A stretch of 5,018 nt of DNA from Candidatus Nanopusillus sp. (GCA_046536775.1 JAWDMD010000032.1:1-5018); one strand, 5' to 3'. Counted from the first letter of the stretch, positions 1-5,018 are shown. Translations and numbers: made by a program. Notes: generated by a model not told the origin, from the letters alone.

Positions 1-86
1 GATCCATCAACAAAAATCTCCTCTTCGTTATTTAATTCAGCAAGAAGAAATTGCATTTCACTTCCAACAATTTCATATTTAACCAA
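1..86 (-). CDS. 5' end (first 28 codons) of a protein-coding gene that runs off the window start. The N-terminus resembles AIM24/DUF124 (TIGR00266)-type proteins; product otherwise unknown.
   Basis: The minus-strand frame starting at TTG (86..84) reads MVKYEIVGSEMQFLLAELNNEEEIFVDG and stays open to position 1. An in-frame TAA at 113..111 limits any upstream extension. GGTGG (95..91) lies 4 nt upstream of the TTG. The ORF is too short to appear in the supplied track. The family guess rests only on the N-terminal pattern YEI..hydrophobic..L..acidic..I. Confidence 0.5.
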   Translation of the reverse strand, partial: MVKYEIVGSEMQFLLAELNNEEEIFVDG

Positions 87-90
87 CTTT

Positions 91-95
91 CCACC
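91..95 (-). promoter_or_regulatory. Shine-Dalgarno-like GGTGG for the truncated minus-strand gene
   Basis: Forward ccacc is GGTGG on the minus strand, 4 nt upstream of TTG 86..84. It is complementary to the CACC(U) near the 16S rRNA 3' end. Confidence 0.45.
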
Positions 96-115
96 GTTAA
101 ATAAGTTAATTTAAC
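96..115. promoter_or_regulatory. Inverted repeat GTTAAAT-N6-ATTTAAC, a possible operator in the leader or promoter of the truncated gene
   Basis: gttaaat (96..102) and atttaac (109..115) are exact reverse complements separated by 6 nt, directly adjacent to the SD. The repeat is all A/T except the terminal G/C, so chance occurrence is plausible. Confidence 0.15.
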
Positions 116-258
116 CCATTTTTAAATTATAATAAACTTAAGTATTTGAAATAAGAGAAGAATTTTTATTATAAATTTTAATATTTTAAAATAAAAAGTT
201 TTTTGAAAAGTCGTAAAGTTATTAAAGCAAATTGCTAATATAATTAACAGAATTAAAA

Positions 259-263
259 AGGTG
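259..263 (+). promoter_or_regulatory. Shine-Dalgarno-like AGGTG for the first glycosyltransferase
   Basis: aggtg ends 6 nt upstream of ATG 270. The same motif and spacing occur upstream of the 4321 start. Confidence 0.55.
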
Positions 264-269
264 CATATA

Positions 270-1442
270 ATGAAAGTAGCAATATTAATGTTACCAAGGT
301 TTTTCGGAGGAGGTGAGATAAGAACCCTTAAAGTATTAAGCTTTTTTCCTAAAGAAAATTACGTATTAATAATTCCAAAAAATAAGAAGTTAATGTTAAT
401 GAGAGATATTAAAAAGTATTTAAATGATAGAGAATCATTAGATATAGTAAAATCAGCATATGAATTGGAGGATTTCCATAGCATGGGCCATATAAATGAA
501 ATTGCATATGGTCGTTATATAGCTAAGGTCTGCAAAAGGCTTAACGCGGATTTACTTTATGCACCTTATGATTATTCTGTTTTATCCTTAGGTATAAGAT
601 CTAGCGGTATGAAATGGAGTTTACTTCTTCAATCAATACCAGCAATAGGATCCTTAACTATAGAGGATGGCTATGGATTTAGCCTTTTCTTAAAAAATGC
701 AAAACTAAACAATTTAGGTTTACTTAAGGCATTAAATGGTTATACAAATCTTAATTTGCTTAGTCTAGCAGCTCATGGAGTTCAACTTCTATCTGTTTCT
801 AAGTCAATACCTTATGAAATGAAAAAAGTAGGCATAAACCTTAACTTCAAAGTAGTTGATCCAGGGATTGGAGTTGAAAAATGCAATTATTTAAATCAAG
901 AAAGAGTCTATGATTTAATTTTTCATGCTAGGATTACTCCTGAAAAAGGCATTTTTGACTTTTTAAAAATAGTTAAGGGAGTTGCTAATTATAATAAACA
1001 AATTAAGGCCTTAGTTGTTGGTGCTGCAAGTAGTGAAATGGCAAAAGAAGTGATAAAATATACAGAAGATTTAAGGTTAGCTAAAAATGTTGAATTTAAA
1101 TTTAATGTAAAAAGTAATGATATATTTAATTTATTAGCATCATCAAAGCTATTTATATATCCTTCTAGATCAGACGCTTTTCCGCTTGTAGTATTAGAAT
1201 CCCTTTCCTGCGGAACACCTGTATTAGCATATGGAATACCTGCAATACGGTTTAATTATTCAGACACAAAAGCTGTAATTAAAGTCAAACCGCTAGACAT
1301 TAGGGGAATGATCGATCATGCTATTAAAATAATCGATGGGTCAGAAAAAATAGTAAATGATGGTATTAAATTTTCAGAAAAGTATACTTGGGAAAATGTG
1401 GCAAAAGCTGAATGGAAATTAATAGAGTCAATTGCTAGTTAA
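270..1442 (+). CDS. Glycosyltransferase, GT-B fold, GT4 / Glycos_transf_1-type (390 aa from ATG 270; the ORF track starts at GTG 261)
   Basis: The C-terminal half has the family pattern: HARITPEKG..., VVGA..., then PSRSDAFPLVVLESLSCGTPVLAY, which matches PS..E.FG...lEA...G.PV. The N-terminus MKVAILM....GGGE is the usual GT4 start. ATG 270 is preferred over GTG 261 because GTG 261 lies inside the AGGTG motif, whereas ATG 270 lies 6 nt downstream of it. Confidence 0.85.
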   Translation: MKVAILMLPRFFGGGEIRTLKVLSFFPKENYVLIIPKNKKLMLMRDIKKYLNDRESLDIVKSAYELEDFHSMGHINEIAYGRYIAKVCKRLNADLLYAPYDYSVLSLGIRSSGMKWSLLLQSIPAIGSLTIEDGYGFSLFLKNAKLNNLGLLKALNGYTNLNLLSLAAHGVQLLSVSKSIPYEMKKVGINLNFKVVDPGIGVEKCNYLNQERVYDLIFHARITPEKGIFDFLKIVKGVANYNKQIKALVVGAASSEMAKEVIKYTEDLRLAKNVEFKFNVKSNDIFNLLASSKLFIYPSRSDAFPLVVLESLSCGTPVLAYGIPAIRFNYSDTKAVIKVKPLDIRGMIDHAIKIIDGSEKIVNDGIKFSEKYTWENVAKAEWKLIESIAS

Positions 1443-1448
1443 TAAGAA

Positions 1449-1454
1449 TTTTTT
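1449..1454 (+). terminator. Oligo-T tract (T6), archaeal-type terminator candidate for the 270..1442 gene
   Basis: The tandem stops TAA TAA (1440..1445) are followed by gaaTTTTTTaaaa. No hairpin is present. Confidence 0.45.
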
Positions 1455-1756
1455 AAAAACATTATGAATTATTTATTGAAATTTTTGAAAATGCAATTAT
1501 ATTTGATAAAAGTTAAATTTTGAAAAAACGAGGAAATGAAAAATAAAGTATAATGATTAATTAAATTATGTTAAGTGAATTTATTAAAAATTAGGGTAAT
1601 CTTTAAAAGTTAAAAAAATAATAATTTTTATCTATGCGAATGATAATTAATGTTAAATAACAAATAAAGAAACGAAACTGTAAATTTTAAGGGTTTTTAC
1701 TAGAATTTATTGAAGAAATAAAAGAAAGCCTTTAAATTTTAATTTAAACAAAAAAG

Positions 1757-1780
1757 GATTTAAAAGCAAGTAATATAAAA
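1757..1780 (+). promoter_or_regulatory. Candidate BRE/TATA region for the GT2 gene, with two overlapping TATA-like boxes
   Basis: aaaaaggATTTAAAAgc (TATA-like 1759..1766) would put a start site about 1789-1792, giving an essentially leaderless TTG 1793. ATATAAAA (1773..1780) is an alternative. No convincing GGTG precedes this gene. TATA-like strings are frequent in sequence this AT-rich. Confidence 0.25.
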
Positions 1781-1792
1781 ATTTTTGGGTAG

Positions 1793-2950
1793 TTGAATTT
1801 GGATAAAAACTTAATCAGCGTTATTGTAACCGCATATAATAGAAGAAAATACTTACCTTTTGCATTGAAAAGCCTAGAAAAGCAAACGCTTCCAAAAGAA
1901 ATGTTTGAAGTAATTGTTGTGAAAAATTTTGAGGATAATATAAGTGATGAAATAATTTCTAGAAATAAATGGAAAAACATTGTAACTGATGAAAAATCCC
2001 TTAGCTCAAAAATAGCAATTGGATTTAAAGAGTCTAAAGGAGATATTATTACATTTCTTGAAGATGATGATTTGTATAGAGAAGATAGACTAGCGAAAGT
2101 TTATGAAACTTTTAATAAATTTAATGATTTAATATACTTTCATAATTCTCAGGTTATTATAGATGAAAATGGTAATAGGCTAAAAGATCCTATTTATCAG
2201 GATTTAAAGCCAAAAATTAAAAATATTTTAATTCCAAATGACAAGAACTTTATAATAAAAACTAGCACATTAAAAAATATAGCTAAATTTGCTAAAATGA
2301 ATCCTTATGATTTTTTGTTTTTTTATATTACAGATAAAGGATACTATAACAATAGTTCAATTGCAATCAAAAGAGATATAATTAACAAATACATAGAGCT
2401 ATTTAAAAAAATTATAATAGCTTTGGATAAATTTTTTTATACTATATCTTTGGCTTCTGAAGGAAGTATATTTTTCACAGATGACGAACTTACATATTAC
2501 AGAGTTCATAAAGAAAGTCATAGCACATTTCACAGATTTGATCAAAAATACCACAATAAATTATATTACTATAAGATAACATTACGAACTTTAGAATATG
2601 CAAATGATTTAAAAATACTTTCAGAAATCACTCAAAGTTTGAATAAGCAACAAGTTCCTTGTAATTTTGATAAGCTACAAGCATCAAACCCTAAGAAAGA
2701 ATTGCAATGGTTACCTTTTAAAGAAATTAAATATTTACCAAAAGAATTTAAGCTTTCAATAAACGATCTTAATTATTTATTAAGATGCTTACCGCATTAC
2801 TATAGTATAAGTAAACAGATAAAAGACGAAGATTTTCAGAAATGGCTCATTAAATCAGTACCTTATTTTATATTATCATATATAATGCAGATTACAGGAT
2901 CAGAAAGAATTAGGGAAATTTACTTCAAATTTAGCAAAACTTATAAGTAG
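1793..2950 (+). CDS. Glycosyltransferase, GT-A fold, GT2-type, with an unassigned C-terminal region of about 135 aa (385 aa)
   Basis: ISVIVTAYNRRKYLPFALKSLEKQT is the canonical GT2 first strand and helix. The DXD-type motif LEDDD lies at 2057..2071. TYYRVHKESHS is the usual GT2 ..YR.h..S.s segment. An in-frame TAG at 1790..1792 and the first ATG at codon 37, downstream of the conserved strand, force a TTG start at 1793 or 1799. Confidence 0.85.
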   Translation: MNLDKNLISVIVTAYNRRKYLPFALKSLEKQTLPKEMFEVIVVKNFEDNISDEIISRNKWKNIVTDEKSLSSKIAIGFKESKGDIITFLEDDDLYREDRLAKVYETFNKFNDLIYFHNSQVIIDENGNRLKDPIYQDLKPKIKNILIPNDKNFIIKTSTLKNIAKFAKMNPYDFLFFYITDKGYYNNSSIAIKRDIINKYIELFKKIIIALDKFFYTISLASEGSIFFTDDELTYYRVHKESHSTFHRFDQKYHNKLYYYKITLRTLEYANDLKILSEITQSLNKQQVPCNFDKLQASNPKKELQWLPFKEIKYLPKEFKLSINDLNYLLRCLPHYYSISKQIKDEDFQKWLIKSVPYFILSYIMQITGSERIREIYFKFSKTYK

Positions 2951-3106
2951 GGGTCTGGGCTTCATTGAATTTTCATAAAATTGTATTTAATTCTCAGCCA
3001 GCTTATAGAAAAAGATTTTACCTAGGCTCCTACCAGTGCTTCAATTTATATGATAGCGTTAATGCAGGGTATCTATAGGCATAATAAGCAATTTAACAAT
3101 CTAGAC

Positions 3107-3112
3107 TTTTTT
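3107..3112 (+). terminator. Oligo-T tract (T6), the first T5-or-longer run downstream of the GT2 gene
   Basis: ctagacTTTTTTataac. It lies 156 nt after the TAG at 2948..2950, with only T4 runs in between. Confidence 0.3.
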
Positions 3113-3128
3113 ATAACTATAATACAAT

Positions 3129-3135
3129 AAAAAAA
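3129..3135 (-). terminator. Oligo-T tract (T7 on the minus strand), terminator candidate for the 3164..4321 gene
   Basis: The forward A7 run at 3129..3135 reads agaTTTTTTTattg on the minus strand, 28 nt downstream of the TAA stop (3166..3164). Confidence 0.45.
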
Positions 3136-3163
3136 TCTAAATGAATTTGCTCGTTTGAAAATT

Positions 3164-4321
3164 TTAACCTGTAATCTCCTTTAGATTATTTATAAGTTCC
3201 TCGATAACTTCATTAAGCCTTTCCTTAAACTTTTCATAACTGAAGTTTTTGGCTATATCTTTAGCCTTTTCTGAGAGATTATTAAGCCTTCCATTCTCGC
3301 TTAATAATTTCTTTATGATTAGAGCTGCTTCTTCAATGTTTTTATATCCTAATCCTTCATCTATTCTAGAAACTATATCTGTCCATCCTCCACCATCTTT
3401 ATAGACTACAGGTACTAGCCCAGCTGCTGCTGCCTCAGCTATAGAAATACCAAAATGCTCAGCAAATGGTGGATGAAGGTAAATAGAAGCTTGAGACATT
3501 AATTCAATTATTCTTTTTCTTGGTACATCAGTTTCAACATGAAAATTATTTAGTCCTATTGCTTTTTTGTTTATAGATTTAATAACTGGTGGTGAGTAAT
3601 TACTTGTGCTACCTATCAAATAAAATTCGGCTTCAGGTATATTCCTAGCTATATCGGGTATCGTATCTAGCTTTTTCTCAGGAGAAAATCTGCTAACAGT
3701 TAATATTATTTTCCTTCTCTCTTCATTTATAGAAAGAAGTTCCTCAATGTTTACTGGGGGGTAAACAATTTTAATCTTTAGATCATTGCCATATTCTTTC
3801 TTTATATAATTAGCAGTCCATGTACTGTTTGTCATTACAAATCCTGATTTGGAAATTAATGATTTTGCTTTCTTTTTAATTAACCAGTTGTAAAGTTTTC
3901 TACTAATACCTGTTTTTGCCTGAAGTGAAATATAATCAATAAGAGCTGGAAAATGAATATAAGACGCATCTGTATATTTGTAAGGTATATTTGATTGAGT
4001 TTCAATTATAATATCATAATTATTTCTAAGCTTTTTTATTAGCTTAACAAGATGATTCAAAGCTAATAAACGCCTATAGCGTATAAATTTGTCATTTTTT
4101 GTCTTCAAAATTCTATTTATAAAAGGTTCTCCTAATTCTTTAATAGTTTGAATATTTTGATCCCCGCTAGTAAGAATTTCCCAAGCCTTAGGATCTTTAT
4201 GTACAGTATAGAAATCAACATCATGGTTAAGTTCTCTTAATGCTTTGTACATTTCTAAAGCTAATTTTTCTGTCCCTCCTGTTTCTTCAATAAGGGTGTG
4301 AATCAATGCAATTCTTGCCAT
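3164..4321 (-). CDS. Glycosyltransferase, GT-B fold, GT4 / Glycos_transf_1-type (385 aa)
   Basis: The N-terminus MARIALIHTLIEETGGTEKLA carries the GG.E motif. ILTVSRFSPEKK matches the ..vGR..peKg pattern. A canonical EX7E motif, EHFGISIAE followed by AAAAGLVPVV, lies at 3434..3460. The ATG has GGTGG 6 nt upstream. Confidence 0.9.
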   Translation of the reverse strand: MARIALIHTLIEETGGTEKLALEMYKALRELNHDVDFYTVHKDPKAWEILTSGDQNIQTIKELGEPFINRILKTKNDKFIRYRRLLALNHLVKLIKKLRNNYDIIIETQSNIPYKYTDASYIHFPALIDYISLQAKTGISRKLYNWLIKKKAKSLISKSGFVMTNSTWTANYIKKEYGNDLKIKIVYPPVNIEELLSINEERRKIILTVSRFSPEKKLDTIPDIARNIPEAEFYLIGSTSNYSPPVIKSINKKAIGLNNFHVETDVPRKRIIELMSQASIYLHPPFAEHFGISIAEAAAAGLVPVVYKDGGGWTDIVSRIDEGLGYKNIEEAALIIKKLLSENGRLNNLSEKAKDIAKNFSYEKFKERLNEVIEELINNLKEITG

Positions 4322-4327
4322 TTTATT

Positions 4328-4332
4328 CCACC
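4328..4332 (-). promoter_or_regulatory. Shine-Dalgarno-like GGTGG for the 3164..4321 gene
   Basis: Forward ccacc is GGTGG on the minus strand, followed by aataaa and then ATG (4321..4319). Confidence 0.55.
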
Positions 4333-4713
4333 TATTTTATTAATATTTTTGTCATGAATATGCTTCTTTGTAGTTTTTATCTCTCACTTAATTTGTAAAG
4401 CCAATTGATATTAAGTCTTTTTTTATTTTATGAATAAAATTGTATTATTGTTTGTTATAAATTTAATTAGCTTAATAATTATTCGAAAGATCTTTTATAA
4501 GTTTTCAAGATAATACTAATAATACCTTTTATATTCATCAAAATTAGGCATTAATTTAGTAATTGATAACGAGTATATAATAAAATAAGAATTTCTAGTT
4601 TCTTTAGGATTATGTTTTATATTATAGTAAAATATAAAGAAAAAAGTCTAAATATTAAGCATTTTTATTTATAGCTATATAAAAAGTTCTGCAAAAACTT
4701 CTGATAAAATTTA

Positions 4714-4721
4714 TTTTATAT
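4714..4721 (+). promoter_or_regulatory. TATA-like box TTTTATAT upstream of the G+C-enriched island
   Basis: The box centre is about 26 nt upstream of 4741-4745, where base composition jumps from under 20% to about 42% G+C. A purine-rich gataaaa lies immediately upstream. TATA-like strings are common here. Confidence 0.2.
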
Positions 4722-4740
4722 TTTCAATGATTGAATCTGA

Positions 4741-4896
4741 TCTCCTCCTCACCCTGAAGAATTATCCAAAGTCCAGAGGGTTACATTTATGTGTGCTACT
4801 TTCTTATACCATCTCGTATTGTAGGAGTAAAATCGGCTCCCGCTTCTCATCCTTTAAGAATTGATTAGATGAAGAAATGCGACATCTCAATTTTTT
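4741..4896 (+). ncRNA. Candidate unclassified structured non-coding RNA within the G+C-enriched island; boundaries and strand are tentative
   Basis: 4741..4860 has 50 G+C in 120 nt (42%), against 13-18% in the 60-nt lines I counted between 4441 and 4680. No long ORF exists on either strand. Local helices are 4751-4755/4777-4781; 4796-4799/4821-4824 enclosing 4806-4809/4816-4819; 4824-4828/4836-4840; and 4861-4871/4883-4890. A T6 tract lies at 4891..4896. G-U pairs at 4828/4836 and 4925/4936 would be C-A mismatches on the minus strand, which favours the plus strand. I recognise no match to any RNA family. Confidence 0.25.
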
Positions 4897-5018
4897 AATA
4901 CATTTCGAATCTAAATTTTCCCCTGCATTAAAAGGTAGGGTTTGTTAATTCTTTTATTATATAATTATTTAAAGCTGTAAATACTCAAGTAGAATCACTT
5001 TTTTTCTTTTCTATCAAT

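Noticed and set aside
173-192. Tandem ATTTTAAT/ATTTTAAA repeat in the divergent promoter region
   Set aside because: It is a low-complexity A/T-only sequence with two copies only, indistinguishable from generic TATA-like background.
261-269. GTG 261 as the start of the first glycosyltransferase (ORF-track start)
   Set aside because: The GTG is itself part of the AGGTG Shine-Dalgarno-like motif. ATG 270 sits 6 nt downstream of that motif and gives the typical MKVAIL N-terminus. The 3-codon difference cannot be settled without experimental data.
1464-1523. 19-codon ORF MNYLLKFLKMQLYLIKVKF, and the GAGG-ATG MKNKV mini-ORF at 1536..1553
   Set aside because: Both are too short. The first has no ribosome-binding site, and the second has an SD spacing of only 2 nt. 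This is consistent with chance in an AT-rich spacer.
1744-1980. 78-aa ORF on the minus strand from the supplied track
   Set aside because: It lies antisense to the most conserved N-terminal part of the GT2 gene. Its product is low-complexity F/L/I/S-rich sequence of the kind produced by reading Lys/Glu/Asn-rich AT-rich codons backwards. It has no SD motif and no recognisable family features.
4430-4513. 27-codon ORF MNKIVLLFVINLISLIIIRKIFYKFSR, resembling a small membrane peptide or type I toxin
   Set aside because: In DNA of 15-20% G+C, open frames automatically encode I/L/F/N/K-rich hydrophobic strings. A 27-codon stop-free run has roughly an 8% chance per frame start. No SD motif is present, and conservation cannot be assessed here.
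4726-4757. aatgattga ... ctga ... ctga as a C/D-box sRNA
   Set aside because: The C-box deviates from RUGAUGA at two positions. The spacings (4 and 19 nt) do not fit the roughly 12-nt guide spacing. No C' box or terminal D box follows. No minus-strand CTGA exists in the island.
4768-4781. AAAGTCCAGAGGGT resembling the RNase P RNA CR-I motif (GGAAAGUCC)
   Set aside because: The partner strand for a P4 helix (…GGCUU after ACAGAA-like sequence) is absent. Only a poor match exists at 4834..4840, about 60 nt away. The island is also far too small and lacks the other conserved regions.
4772-4784. TCCAGAGGGTTAC (and CCAGTG at 3033..3038) as origin recognition box-like elements next to an AT-rich unwinding region
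   Set aside because: There is only partial similarity to the TCCAGTGGAAAC-type core, in single copies rather than inverted repeats flanking the AT-rich tract. No orc1/cdc6 gene is present in the window.
4751-4785. Hairpin ACCCU/AGGGU followed by ACA as an H/ACA sRNA
   Set aside because: The hairpin is only 31 nt with a 5-bp stem. It has no pseudouridylation pocket, no upper stem and no K-turn.
4749-4850. 33-codon minus-strand ORF (MRSGSRFYSYNTRWYKKVAHINVTLWTLDNSSG)
   Set aside because: It is short and has no ribosome-binding site. All three minus-strand frames upstream are full of stops, so it is not the tail of a recently inactivated long gene.
4727-4864. 45-codon plus-strand ORF (MIESDLLLTLKNYPKSRGLH...) spanning the G+C-enriched island
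   Set aside because: It has no SD-like motif upstream. Its codon choice (CTC CTC CTC ACC CTG) is unlike the neighbouring genes. I recognise no family resemblance. A small protein cannot be excluded, but it is not supportable.
4904-4910. TTCGAAT T-loop-like heptamer, and cctacca at 3029..3035, as possible tRNA or tRNA-fragment (att site) signatures
   Set aside because: The flanking 5-mers do not pair to form a T-arm. No acceptor stem complementary to the sequence before the CCA could be found on either strand.
4759-4950. gaattatccaaag (4759..4771) and ctttgttaattc-like sequence (4941..4950) as terminal inverted repeats of a MITE
   Set aside because: Only about 12 of 18 positions match after a gap, and the matching parts are A/T-rich. 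No target-site duplication is evident.

Overview
AT-rich window (about 30% G+C in genes, 13-18% in some spacers). It reads as part of a surface-glycan or polysaccharide glycosyltransferase cluster, probably archaeal. The archaeal call is an inference from four things: GGTG(G) ribosome-binding motifs, TTG/GTG starts, bare oligo-T tracts after genes instead of hairpin terminators, and AGA/AGG/ATA codon usage. Three full genes are well supported. These are a GT-B/GT4-type glycosyltransferase (270..1442 +), a GT-A/GT2-type glycosyltransferase with a TTG start and an unassigned C-terminal third (1793..2950 +), and a second GT4-type glycosyltransferase (3164..4321 -). A fourth gene starts at 86 on the minus strand and runs off the window. 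Every gene is separated by long spacers (183, 350, 213 and about 700 bp). I found no rRNA, tRNA, CRISPR array, transposase or clear mobile element. The most unusual signal is a roughly 120-200 bp G+C-enriched island (about 4741..4945) inside about 700 bp with no ORF of 75 aa or more. It has local helices, a TATA-like box at the right distance upstream, an oligo-T tract, and a CUCCUCCUCACC tract. I treat it as a candidate unclassified structured RNA or a decayed gene relic, at low confidence. A weaker, patchy G+C-enriched stretch lies between the convergent genes (2951..3106). No complete novel multi-gene system can be demonstrated from this sequence alone.
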